A DNA stretch of 63,774 bases, the filler included, from Dugesia japonica (lineage: Eukaryota), in assembly GCA_001938525.1 (NCBI GenBank). It is 5 parts of 5 records of this genome, joined end to end, with 100 filler letters (N's around TTAATTAATTAA, not from the genome) between each part and the next. Parts side by side here need not be neighbours in the genome. Positions count along the whole stretch, not along the records: positions 8,369 to 17,588 come from MQRL01610181.1; positions 17,689 to 33,541 come from MQRL01606398.1; 3 more parts are not named here. One strand, 5' to 3'. The first letter of the stretch is position 1, and every line of letters begins with the position of its first letter. This document shows, piece by piece, positions 12,500 through 25,359 of the stretch. The position numbers and the translations under genes were made by a program. The notes under the pieces were generated by a model. It was given only the letters and a program-made list of their open reading frames with translations. It did no database searches and had not been told where the DNA came from.

Positions 12500-13197
12500 T
12501 ATTTTGTCTCCAAATCTATTCGTTTAGGTAGGGCTGTAGAACCATAACATACACTTCATTCATTCCGAAAATTTTAATTTCCAGTTTTCCTCGAATCAAC
12601 TACATTCTTTGTTCATTGGCCCCGCTATTTCTATCAATAAATAGTAATTTGTGTTTAACTGTTAAACGAATGTAATTTTTATCACTTGCCATTTTATGAT
12701 AAGTTTTCCATTCATCGCTCATTGTAAACAGTGGCTCTTATAATGGGTAATAATGCTGCAGTGGTTTTTTTCTCTAACAATAGCAAAATATATTTGCATT
12801 AGTCGAGTAATCAACAATACCAAAAATCTACAACTCATTTTCAGGAGCATGACCTCTGTGATGTTTTGGTTTGTATCTTAAAAAAGAAGATGGAAACAAA
12901 TTTAAAAATAAGAAAAATAATTTACCGATATAAATATCTGTCGAATTGAGCGATGTGTTGTTGGAAGATTGATTATTTGCACAATTCTTCGGTAAACACC
13001 GCCATGAAACAGTGTCATTGTTTCTTTTTGTATTGAATTTTTTATATAAGTTTCCACAGAGTAATAACAGAGCATTTTTTCTTAAAAACTGGATGGCATC
13101 AGATGCAGTACCAACGATTATATATTTGATTGTATCAAAATCCATGATTTATTAATTAATATTTAAAGACGGTGTGCTGAAATTTGTTAGTGCCACC
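12500..13197 (-). mobile_element. Decayed DNA-transposon fragment (Merlin/IS1595-like or FLYWCH-bearing)
   Basis: N-terminal AIQFLRKNALL...WRC..KNC, downstream SRKT..NFR.E..VC and a possible GGTGGCAC end. Family assignment is uncertain. Confidence 0.35.
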
Positions 13198-14457
13198 GTG
13201 CGAATTGCTTACAGGTCAGTAAATACTACTGAGCTCTTTCTTTAAATTATATAGGAGTAATTTTCTCGAAGAGTATTCCCTAAAAATTTAATTGGCTTTA
13301 TTATATTTTTTTATATTAAATCTTTTTGTGTAAAATATTGNTAATTCTTAATAAATGTTTTTATAAAACAATCATGTTATTTTAGTTGGTATATTCTTAT
13401 TTATAATAAATAAATAATTCCTTTTTTATCTATACGCAAAAAGGAATAGTTGGAGTCAGAGATTTTGGTTAGGTACCATTACTCACGAGGAACAAACAAT
13501 AGTATAGAAAGTTTAACAAAAATGTCAAATATAAAAATGAATATTTTATTCTTCATTCATTTTAAAATTGAGAATATTTTATTTCACGAAATATATTTAG
13601 TATTGAGAGATTTCCAATTAACATTTAAAGGAAGCGAGCACACTAAAAGATAAGAACCCTCGATCTAGAGTTTATGCACATCGTTCACCTTTACGGTCCT
13701 CGTGTATATTTTGATTCATTTAAGTTACTTAAACTAATATCTTTAAAAATATTGATTATGGTTTTAATAAAACTTTATGTAATTATAATTATTCTTATGA
13801 AAATTATTTTTTTTTCTAATTAAAAAAATTCAAAATCCAAATTAATAGAAAAAGGCAAAATAGAAACCAATTTTTTATTATATCTTCAATCTTTTGACAG
13901 TCGCCATCTATCAGAAATTCAATCAATTGTTGAAAAAAAAATTTCAAATTTATTAAACGTCTCCAGACATTGATTNCTNAAGAAGACGATTGTAACTTTC
14001 AACTAATAAAACTTTTACAGAAAGATTTTTAAAAAAAATAAGTGAATTATTTTTATAAAAACTATTATTTCTGATAATGTAAATAACTCAAAGTCAATAA
14101 TCGATCTTTTAACATATGCACTTGTATGTTTAAAGTTTATTACTTTGAGTTTTGATTTATTTTAAATTTCATAATTCAAATAAATTGAATTAAATACAAT
14201 TTTCATTGTTTTCTTACTCATGAGTCTTTATAAAAATAATTAAATTTTTTTGTATGTAAAAACAACCAAAGTTTATTATTATATTTGAAAGAAGATTCAT
14301 TTTTATTTTTCAAATCATTTTAAACTTGGTAAAATAATTTTCGAATAAAAGTGTATTAATTATATTTTAAAATCAATAATAAAATTGTATTATAATCCTA
14401 TATGTTATGAAATCTTTTCAATGTGAAATCTGTCTTGAAATATAATCAAAATTGATC

Positions 14458-15363
14458 ATGACATCTGAGACGGAAAATCTTATTAATAAAGAATGGAAAC
14501 TAATTAAGAAAATTGGAGCTGGATCTTTTGGTGAAATCTATACCTGTGTTAATGTTATAACAGGGCAATCTGCTGCTGTAAAGTTAGAAGTTAATAAAAG
14601 TCGAGCTAGTGGACAATTACAACTTGAATATAAAATTTTAAAAATATTGAAATCTGGTGAAGGCATTGTAAAAGTATTTTGGTTTGGAAAAGATGATATT
14701 AATAGATATACATGCCTAGTCATGGAACAATTGGGACCCAGTCTTGAAGATTTGATTGTGTATTGCAAAGGAAAGTTTAGTATCAAAACTGCTATAATGT
14801 TGGCCGATCAAATGCTTAAGCGAATAGAGTTTCTACATTCAAGATTCCTAATTCATCGTGATATAAAGCCAGACAATTTCTTAATGGGAAATGGAAAAGC
14901 ATTTAATACAGTTTATATTATTGATTTCGGTCTTTCTAAACAGTACATGGATCCTAAGACAAAAATTCACAATCCTTTCCGGGATAAAAGAAATTTGACA
15001 GGTACAGCGAGATATTGTAGCATCAATGCTCATGAGGGATTTGAGCAAAGTCGCAGAGATGATCTTGAGGCTCTTGGATATGTTTTTGTATACTTTGTCA
15101 AAGGTCAGTTACCATGGCAAGGATTACAAGCAGATAGTAAAAGAGAAAAATTTAGATTAATTCACAAAACAAAAATGTCAACATCATTAGATGATTTATG
15201 TAAAACCTTACCGGTAGAATTTAAAACTTACATAGCATATTGTAAAAACTTGGAATTTACTCAAGAGCCGGAGTATGATTACATGCGTAAATTGTTTTGG
15301 GATGTCTTGGAGAAATTGAATTTAAAATTTGATTATCAGTTTGACTGGATAGAGAAAAAATGA
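14458..15363 (+). CDS. Casein kinase 1 (alpha-like), intronless, kinase domain only
   Basis: KIGAGSFG, LGPSLEDL, HRDIKPDNF, DFGL, LTGTARY.SINAH, SRRDDLE, LPWQGL and FDW. The first ATG is at 14458. Confidence 0.95.
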   Translation: MTSETENLINKEWKLIKKIGAGSFGEIYTCVNVITGQSAAVKLEVNKSRASGQLQLEYKILKILKSGEGIVKVFWFGKDDINRYTCLVMEQLGPSLEDLIVYCKGKFSIKTAIMLADQMLKRIEFLHSRFLIHRDIKPDNFLMGNGKAFNTVYIIDFGLSKQYMDPKTKIHNPFRDKRNLTGTARYCSINAHEGFEQSRRDDLEALGYVFVYFVKGQLPWQGLQADSKREKFRLIHKTKMSTSLDDLCKTLPVEFKTYIAYCKNLEFTQEPEYDYMRKLFWDVLEKLNLKFDYQFDWIEKK

Positions 15364-15942
15364 AAATATAAACCGCGTAATTTATGTCCTTTAAAATGTA
15401 ATATTTTACAGAAAGTAATGATCCATTTACTTTTCAATTGATATTTTCACATAAAAAGTAGAAGATAATTTAATAGATTATAATTTTTTTAATCATTTAT
15501 TTAATATTTTACAATCATAAAATAAAAATGTAATTAAATTTACGTTGACAAAATTTAATTTTTAGCAATGTTTTATCAGTGAAAAATAAAGATTACTTAA
15601 TATATTTTTGAATAAAATATTATTTACTTTGGGTTATGACTTTATAAAATTGTATGTAAATAGAAAACAAGAAATAAATACAAAAATTGGTTTGTTGTTT
15701 AATAGTATCAAATAAATAAAATTGACGCACTCAGTTTATTTTTTCACTTTTCCTTAATTTTTATAAATTATATTTTATTAAAGATAGGTAAAAGCGATTT
15801 TTAATTTTGTACAACCTTTTTATTTGTTAGTGATTTTAAAGAAATAAAAATTTATATGTATCAAAATGTTAAATTTTAGTGCCTTTATCTTCAACATTTA
15901 TCAATACTTAGAAAATCATAATTGAATTTAAAAGTATGACCC

Positions 15943-16149
15943 ATGAAGTCTGCAAGACATTTTCAGAAACCATTTGCTACTCCAATTAATTATAAGCATA
16001 TGAATTTTTTAATAATGGATTCACCCTCACAAGATAATGTTCACATATTCGCTGAAGAATGTAAAAGATTAAATGTTTCAGATGTCGTGCGTGTCTGCGA
16101 ATCACATTATTCTGAAGACTCTTTCAAAGAAGTCGATATCAATTTATGG
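15943..16149 (+). CDS. PRL/PTP4A-family phosphatase, first coding exon (the rest is beyond the scaffold end)
   Basis: INYKHMNFLIMDSP...VVRVCESHY matches the PTP4A N-terminus. A phase-0 GT donor at 16150 lies just before where DWPFDDG is expected. Confidence 0.85.
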
Positions 16150-16288
16150 GTAATTTTAAGTATTAAAATATTTTCATTAATATTTTAATTAACGAAATTT
16201 TTTGTTTTTTTAAATCCGTGATTTTATTACAAACACGTTTTTTTCTTTAACTCTCATCAATTTATTTTGGTGAAAATTTAATAAAATA

Positions 16289-16930
16289 TTAGGTTGTGCA
16301 AAAATAATTAAAAAAAACAAAAACGTTGTAATTCTACTCACAATAAACTTTATTAATCGAAATAAAAACCAAAAAATTCCATACATTTCTGCCAGTAAAA
16401 GTCTGAGTTTCGGGAGAAGGCCGTTTCGTCATCAGATCGGTTTTTAGAGCACATTTCTTGCAAGAAGTTGTCCAGGTACCTAAAGAAATGGAGTCCTGTT
16501 AGCGAGAAGACAGGTGAGCATAGGAAATTGAGGCAAAATTTCGTAATCTGACTTGTTTAATCTCGGCAGCGTTCTTAGTGTAATGTATTGGTGGGCATTA
16601 TAGTGCAACATAATCGCACCATTTCAGTTGATCAACGCCCTTGCAATTTCTCATGCTTTTCTTCGATATGCTAGCAGTATTTCTCTGTTAGTAATAGTCT
16701 CTCCCAGATTTAGAAAAATGTGATGTATCAGGCTGGTTATGGACCACCGAACAGACCAAATAATCTTTGTGATATAAATTTTGCCACATTGGGAAATGAT
16801 TTGGAGCTTCATCACGGTCCAAACATTCTACCAAACTTCACCCTGATTGTAGAATATTATCGATTTCTCATCGCACGTCATGATTCGATGGAGAAACGGT
16901 TCATTGAAGCTCACATTTCACATTAAGTAT
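16289..16930 (-). mobile_element. Mariner remnant (cecropia/Hsmar1-like) in the PRL intron
   Basis: TIR-like TTAGGTTGTGCAAAAATAATT, and a decayed YSPD..HFF..LDNFL motif on the minus strand. Confidence 0.75.
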
Positions 16931-17009
16931 CCTTAGTAACTAATAAAAAATATATTAAATAATTTTTAAATTTTAATCCAATTATTCCTTGTAAATCTAA
17001 TCAGAAAAT

Positions 17010-17588
17010 ATAATAATGATAATTATGATTATTAATTATTATTATTAATTAATATTTATTATTATTTAATTATTATTTATTATTTTGTTATTATTATTAA
17101 TTATTATTTATAATTATTATTTATTATTGTTAGTTATTATTATTTAATTATTATTTATTATTTTGTTATTATTATTAATTATTATTTATAATTATTATTT
17201 ATTATTATTAGTTATTATTNNNNNNNNNNNNNNNNNNNNNNNNNNNNNNNNNNNNNNNNNNNNNNNNNNNNNNNNNNNNNNNNNNNNNNNNNNNNNNNNN
17301 NNNNNNNNNNNNNNNNNNNNNNNNNNNNNNNNNNNNNNNNNNNNNNNNNNNNNNNNNNNNNNNNNNNNNNNNNNNNNNNNNNNNNNNNNNNNNNNNNNNN
17401 NNNNNNNNNNNNNNNNNNNNNNNNNNNNNTTATTAATTAATATTTATTATTATTTGATTATTATTTATTATTATTTGATTATTATTTATTATTTAATTAT
17501 TATTATTATTAATTATTATTATTATTTTGTTATTATTATTAATTATTATTATTTAATTATTATTTATTATTTAATTATTATTATTATT
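17010..17588. repeat. Degenerate (ATT)n microsatellite around a gap
   Basis: Visible directly in the sequence. Confidence 0.9.
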
Positions 17589-17688
17589 NNNNNNNNNNNN
17601 NNNNNNNNNNNNNNNNNNNNNNNNNNNNNNNNTTAATTAATTAANNNNNNNNNNNNNNNNNNNNNNNNNNNNNNNNNNNNNNNNNNNN
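17589..17688. other. Artificial scaffold-joining linker
   Basis: 44 N + TTAATTAATTAA + 44 N. Confidence 0.95.
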
Positions 17689-18322
17689 GACTTGTACTAC
17701 TGCTTCCGGTAATCGGCAACGACGGCAATATTAAAGTTAAAATTTCACCATCACACAAGCAAGGCCAGTTGCTGAAAGACGAATGAGAATTCACTTTATA
17801 ACGAAGTCTTCCTCACGTAAATTCAGAGATACGACTTCAAAAAGGGACCAGGTTGGAAACAGCTGAATAAATGTCAGTGAGCATGATCAAGTAATTTCCT
17901 TAAAAAATTGATATGCTAATTAAGGCGACTGGTTAGTGGGAAAATCAAAGCGGACATGAGGGCCGTTGCACAACAGGAAGAAAGAAAGCAGGTGGAAGGC
18001 TTCTAATGTCGAGAAAATAAGATCTCCTGAGCAATTTNTAAGCAAAAATATGAAAAAGACAAAAATGAAGTGCATAAATAAAATTTAATTCAAATATATT
18101 TTGCAAATGTTTATTTTCTACACACATTCTTTGATCACGAGGCGGCTTTTCGCTCATACAATATTTAATTATTATTAATTGCATAATTTTTCTAGCGTTA
18201 TTTATGGGATTTGTGTAAAGAAAAAAGCAACGTTTTAGTGTAATTTTTATATACAATTGATAAATCAAACATACATTGTTATTTTAGTATTATTGCAAAT
18301 TATCTTGCAAATATTAGAAAAA

Positions 18323-19069
18323 ATGGAAATGCAAAATATTTATTATTGCCACATTCATCATATTACTTTAGAAAAGGAAAAATACAACACAAACTCACAA
18401 AAAGAAGTGTGATGTATATGGTGATATAATATTTATAGAAAGACTGTATTTAAGTTGGTATTCAAAATATCGTTGTGGTTATTTTTTCCCTAAAAGTAAA
18501 CAACTTTCTGGGCGTCCAATTGATATTTATGACGACAAAATCAAAGGAATAATAGAATCGAATCTATTTGTGACAAGTAAGATCACGTAATGACACATAC
18601 ATGTATTGGAAAGTAATCAAAAAACCTTAAGACATTAAAAAACTTTTATTTTATGGGTTTCTTATGAACTTTTCGAAACTAATCTAACTCAAATTATTAG
18701 CATTTGCAACTGATCCTTTTTTAAACGATTGATAATTGGAAATAAAAATGGCTAACGTACTTGAATGTTAATCAAAAAAACATTGTAGTGCAAGCCAGAT
18801 TAATTAGCACAGATGACATCCCAAGTTTAGATCAATCAAAAGAAGTTTATGACATCAGTTTAGTGGAATTGCAATTGAATTATCTATTTTGAAATGTAAA
18901 ACGAAATTATCAATAATTGTCCAAGAAAAGAGACAAGAATTGACAAATCAAAGTGTGTCATCTTCCGTTATGAGAACATATGGAAACATACATTTTTGGC
19001 CACTCTGTAAAAATTACTGGGCCTAGGTAGGGATGTGTGGTTTCATCCAACATATTGTTCAGACATAGG
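18323..19069 (+). mobile_element. Mariner transposase pseudogene (mellifera-like)
   Basis: Decayed YYFRKGK..THKK.CDVYGD, SGRP, WVPYEL and HP.YCSD motifs. Confidence 0.75.
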
Positions 19070-19648
19070 NNNNNNNNNNNNNNNNNNNNNNNNNNNNNNN
19101 NNNNNNNNNNNNNNNNNNNNNNNNNNNNNNNNNNNNNNNNNNNNNNNNNNNNTCTTGTTAGCTTAATTTCTAAAGGTTATATTTAAAAATAACAAAAAAG
19201 AATATAAAATATAAATAATTAACATAATTTAACAAAAATATTATTGAATTAAAATATATTATCTCATTTCACAATTAATACATCTTATTTGGGCTGATTA
19301 GATTGTGAAGAAAAAAATCTTGAAGCTCATACCGAAAATATGCAATTTCTTAAAACATATATCTTATTTAAAAAAAGACTATTTGTGATTTTATTTTTTT
19401 CATATAGAAATTCAATTAAGAGAATTATGTTACTTGTACATCTTAATAATGCCTGAATAATAGTTTATTTAATTTAAAATCATATAAGCTAGGTTCTTTT
19501 ACATGAAATGCTTGATGCCTTCTTAATATGGTCCATAGAAACAGTGATCTGATTGATGTTTCCTTAAAAAACCAAAATTTTAATTCAAGTCATTATATTG
19601 AATCACATTAATCAAATGGTTATTTTAAAAAAAGCTATTAAATTTAAG

Positions 19649-19770
19649 ATGCTTTGATTCTGCCGGATTTGGTTTTTTTCTGAATAGAACTATTGAAGAA
19701 CAAAATTCTAATAAATATTTATTTAAGTGTGATGAGAATGGAAAAAAATTAAGGGATATAAAATTATTAG
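19649..19770 (+). CDS. Candidate upstream Par-3 exon (speculative)
   Basis: AG/GT-bounded open segment ending GKKLRDIKLL+G. A phase-1 join to 22541 gives GKKLRDIKLLVGSGFGFSIT, resembling the Par-3 PDZ2 entry. A stronger out-of-phase donor lies 2 nt downstream. Confidence 0.3.
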
Positions 19771-20800
19771 GTGTGAGCTAAAATTTTAAAAATGAGATTT
19801 TTTTAAAAAATAGCGAAATTGTTTTTTCTTAATTTTAAAATTTTCTAAATTTTGTTCATTCTTAAATATTAAAATAATATTAATCTTTTTCTGAATATCA
19901 TCTTGCATTATATTTTTATAATACAATCAATGTAAAAATTCTAGGTGGTGCCCAAATATCCTATTTTAAGGTTTCTGAAACTAAGCCCATGAACGTAGAT
20001 TTGGAAAATTCAAAATTTTATATCTAAAATTAATTTATTTTATATTTCAAGTAAAATATGTTACAAGTATTTTATAATTACTGGAAGTATTCATAGAAAT
20101 TATTTTTGTATAAATTAAAGAAATGAATTTATTTATACATTAACAATAAATTAATAAATTAGTTAAACTTTTATAATTTTACTAAATGTGTATGCCAAAT
20201 TTTTCAAAAAATAAAACAAATCCCGCTAATATATTTTCCAAAGTCAATTACTTAAATATTTCAATAAATTATTCGATTTGCCATGAAATTACTAGTTATG
20301 CCCACAATAAAAAATAATTAATTCATCTAGAAAAATCATGTTTTGTATTTATTCTTAACATTTAATTCAGATTTATCTGATTTAGTAAATGCTTTATTTA
20401 AATTTATTAACTAAGAAAATAATAAAAAAATAATTATAATAAATTATAATAATTATAATAATAATAGAAAATAATTTCTGAATCCGACAACATTTTAAGG
20501 TATTTGATGTGATATTCATTAAAAAGAAATCACAGAGATGACCGTAATTCTAATTTGAAATGTGTAATTTTGAAAACAAAATTAATTTTTTAAAGTTGTG
20601 ATTAATATATTTTTCTATGCTTTTGATTGCTATTGAATGCATATGTTCATTTGTTCATAATTAAACGCAAAATTTGCGCTTTATTTCGTTTAAAAGATTA
20701 TATAAAATAATATTTATTTTTAAAATTTTAAATAAATTATATATTAATACATTCGTATTTTGTGAACATTATATTTAAAATTAAGTGATCGATATTATTT

Positions 20801-21045
20801 CTTAGAGCATTACTAGTTTGGTTACACCAGATCTCGTCTGATCTCGGAAGTTAAGCAGCTCTAGGTTTCGCTAGTACTTATAACATGGACAATGTCTACT
20901 GAGCCTGGCTTGTGTTTGGTTAGAGATAACCTTACGCCTTTTCCGTACAAGAAAGAGTCCACCATTTCATACCTAGATTCTTGTGTATTTGAGTCGAGCA
21001 GAATAAGTCCTTTCAACTTCTCTTAGAAGTATTTGCCTTTATAGA
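20801..21045 (+). mobile_element. 5S rRNA-derived head (about nt 1-80) fused to a dispersed body: SINE3-like element
   Basis: 20801-20880 contains GATCTCGTCTGATCTCGGAAGTTAAGCAG...TAGTACTT of 5S rRNA and stops before box C. The body matches 3190-3340. Confidence 0.65.
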
Positions 21046-22540
21046 GTTTTCATCATTAGATTGTCAAAGGTAAACTCAAATTCAACTAACAGATTCTTAA
21101 GCCCTGATAACTGATATCCTGGCAACATTTGATCTACGATGTCCAACAATAAGGTTCCTTCGGTGTTAAGTGTTATGCGGAAGGCTTATCTCAGTGTTTC
21201 AATACACGTAGTTCTCTAATTGAAAAAAGTGTACATTTAAACCAAAAATTACACTTAATTTAATGACTTATAAATTGGCTAATTTGATTTATAAGGTTTT
21301 ATCTAATGAAGATATTAAAATATAGAAATATAGTAGAAATATGTAGAAATATAGAAGCATATAAAATTACTAGGAAATGGTTTGATTAAAACAAAACAAA
21401 ACTGTTGTTTAAAATATGGACATTGAAGCAACTGAATAATAAAATACCTTATTTTAATAATAAATGTAATTGCCTAATCTTTATCAAACGAAAATTTGTG
21501 GTAATATATTTTAAGCCACTAAACTTCTAGCTGCCCCATAAGGCATTGGTATTCGTTATATTAATAAACGTAATTAACTATACCAGGATACCTCAGCGTT
21601 TTTAAGACGTTAATTCTATTACACCAAAAAAATCTGAAAATTTTTCAAGTACTTATTGAATAAAATTTATTTACGGTGACAAATGAGCTTGCTTACGATT
21701 ACAAATTAAATTCCATCGGCAAGTTCAAAAGTCGACAAGCAAACCCGCATTTCATCATCGATTTTGAGAAGTCTTTCTAGCTTTTTAGATTTGATTTAAG
21801 TTAATACATTAGAGCTCATTGTCTTTGGTGACTATAATTATATTGTTTATATAAGATATCAAATATATTTGCAAGAGAAAATTTCAATATGAAAACCTTC
21901 AATATTTTTTAACGTTTATTAAAAATTTCACGAAATACCGTTGTGGAAACACTGCGTTAATTGTATATTTCAAATAAATTTATGTATAATAAAATTTTTT
22001 ATTTTACGATAGAATGGTTGGTTTAAAAATGCCGAAAAAAATTATTACACTTCAGCTAAAACTATTTTTCCTGTACAATTTTTATGACTATTACACACAT
22101 TCATTTGTATTATTTGTTGCAATAATTATCAGAAATAATTGTAACTTTATCTTAATAGTTTCTGTATAAATATTTGTACAATAATTTAATATTGGACAAA
22201 TTTTTGCGTTTTAAGTAAGTTGCATAACTTTACATGAAATAAAATCATATTACAGAATACTGGTTTAAACTAAAAATATTTTACTTTTTTTTAAAATCAA
22301 TCGTTAATCGTTTAAAATTTGTTTATTAATATTACTTTATTGAAGTGAAATTATAAGTGAAAATCATTTCAATGTTTATTGTAATTGTATTATCCTGGAA
22401 TTAGTTAATAAATTATTATCGACTTCTTATTAGCCAAAAACGAGATAACTCTATTTATAGAGGAATAAACCACCTAGTTAAATTTTTATTTACTCAACCA
22501 TTGTTCAATACTAATCCGATTCTTAATTTAATTTTTTTAG

Positions 22541-25122
22541 TTGGTAGTGGATTTGGATTCAGCATAACTGGGAAAGATAACCTTCCACCAAACATACCAT
22601 CTGCTGTTTATGTGCGGCATATATTGCCTGATGGCGCAGCCATTAAGGATGGTAGATTGAAATCCGGTGACAGACTGTTGGAAGTAAATTTTGTGCTTTT
22701 TAGATCTTTAAATTGATAAATTAATATTGAAAGTATTTATATAATTTTATAAATTCACATGGACTATTGTTAAATCTTATCTACATTGGTTCTAAAATTA
22801 ATCAATGAATAAATGTTAATGTCTTATAATTAAATATTATTTATCAAATATATCTCTACTTTTTTTAGAAATTTTATTATTTTTCCTTTGCCTAAGAAAA
22901 GTAGAAAATTAGTAGTAAATAATGCTTTAATGGAGTTTTTTCGATTTATGGAAAAATAAATTATTTACTTTAAGAAGATTAAGTGGAACAAGGATTTATT
23001 TGTCTTATCTAAAATTATTTTTAATTATATTGTCTTATGACAAAACTCATAATATTTAAAATTGATAATCATAATGTTATTTAAATATTGTAAATTATAG
23101 TTATTTTATTATTGTAAATTATAGTTATTTTATTATGATAAACTCAGTTAAAGATATTTTTACATTATGTTGTTATGGATTTGGTCGATAAATATTAATT
23201 GTACCATTATAGATAATATGAAAATTAGTGATTTTAAAATTTGTACATAAACTTAAAGTTTATTTGAGGTTTAGTGTGATTTAATAGCAGGAATAATATT
23301 AATCAAATATTCAAATTGGAGTTTGAACATTTTTATAATAACAATAAAAATAATAATTATATTATTGTTTTACAATTACAATTATTGCGAGAATAATTGT
23401 TGGACTTAACCATTGATCGTTTTAAAGAATTTATTAAAAGATAAGCTTCGATCAATTTTATTTTGTTTTCGATATTAATTCGAATATTTGACTTTGTTTT
23501 CGTCAGGAATTGAAAAAATCCCATTTTAATAATTTTAAAATATTTCAAATGAAGTTTAGTTAAAATTCTTTTATGATAGTGATTATTCTTTATTTGGACT
23601 ATTTCCCAATTTTTAAATGCTTCATTAATTTTAAAATCAATAAACAAGCTACTTTGAATTATAATTCCATTTACCTGACAAATTTTAAAATTATCAATTA
23701 AAATTTATAGACCAATGTTTACTTTACTCAATAAATATTGATATGACTGATGGATTATTTAGAAATTAATATTAATACCATAATTTTCATTTTAACCCAA
23801 CAATTAATTTGATAAGTCATTTTATAAAATTGTTACATGTATTTCCATGTCTCATTTTATCCAGGGATGAATTAGTATAGAAAATTTTATTCTAATTCTT
23901 TTGAGACAAATAAACAATAACTTTTTTGTTTTCTCGTTTTACATTTCTGACATTGGAAATATATTTTTGGTTTCCTGATAATTTTCATTATGGTTTGAAA
24001 AAATGTTCTTGTTAAATTACATTATTTAATTAACGTTTATTGATAAAAAGAAATAAATTATTTATTTAATTCATTATGTAACATGTTTTTAATTATGCTG
24101 TTTTTTCTAATTTTGAAAATTATTTGTTAGAATCATCGAAATTTCGAAAGTTTTGCTTAATTAATAAAGTACTATTCTTGANAAATTAATAAATAAGCCA
24201 TGTTATTTTTTTTACTTCAAAACAATTTTAAAATGACAACCGTTTTAGTAGATATTAAAAGTTGTTCATCATATGCATTGCACGAGTTTCATAATTTTCT
24301 ATGAAATAGTAAGTATAACTGTTTTTCTTTAATTTTTTGTGAGAGAATAAAATTTTCAACAATAGTCTTCTTGATCTACGCTTTTTAATTAATTGCGACT
24401 TTAAAAAAATGCAATCAATAGTTAAATCCAAGAATTATTTTAGTAAAATTTGTAAGTCTAACTGAGCATAACTGTATTGTACAAAATTTCTCCTTTTATT
24501 CATTATTCAATTGATATTGATTATTTTCAGAGGCTATTTTAAAGAAATATTTATTATTTACAAATAAATTAATCAAACGTCTATCCGAGCCATTTAAGGT
24601 AAAAAAAAGAATTAATATAATTATGCATTTATAAATATTTAAAATCCTACATTTGTAGCCTATTAGTCAATTAATGAAACTTGTCTATAAGATGTTTTAT
24701 TAAACATTGAAGCAATCTCCAAACAATAAGTTGATTTATTGACAATTCGTATTTGAATCCATCACTATCTTAATGACATATTACAATAATGAAATCATTG
24801 ATTTACGTTGAAGTCTAACTCTGTAAATAAACTTAATCAATGTTCTCATTTAGGTTGATGGGTTACTGTTGGATGGTATGTCACAAAGTGAAGTCATCGC
24901 ATTATTGAGGGAAAAGCCAAGTGGTAGTAGAGTAAAGTTACTGGTAGAAAGAAATCCAATTAAAATAAATAGTCAATGTTCGGCATCACATGATTCTTTA
25001 ATGACATCTGTATCAGAAATCGATGAAGAGGGTTCAACTCTATCAAAAAATAAAGTAATAATTTCTTTTTTATTTTGTTAATGTAACATCTATTTCTTTT
25101 TAAAATTATTTTTTCTCAATTA

Positions 25123-25183
<61 letters not shown>

Positions 25184-25313
25184 NNNNNNNNNNNNNNNNN
25201 NNNNNNNNNNNNNNNNNNNNNNNNNNNNNNNNNNNNNNNNNNNNNNNNNNNNNNNNNNNNNNNNNNNNNNNNNNNNNNNNNNNNNNNNNNNNNNNNNNNN
25301 NNNNNNNNNNNNN

Positions 25314-25359
<46 letters not shown>

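Noticed and set aside
13450-13653. TNNSIES, a MULE-like motif
   Set aside because: An isolated motif with no supporting domain or TIR.
14538-14786. Antisense or shadow ORFs (also 47665-47916, 52345-52620, 61641-61868)
   Set aside because: They lie opposite recognisable coding frames.
20801-20880. Functional 5S rRNA gene
   Set aside because: Similarity stops near nt 80, so box C and the 3' strand of helix I are missing.
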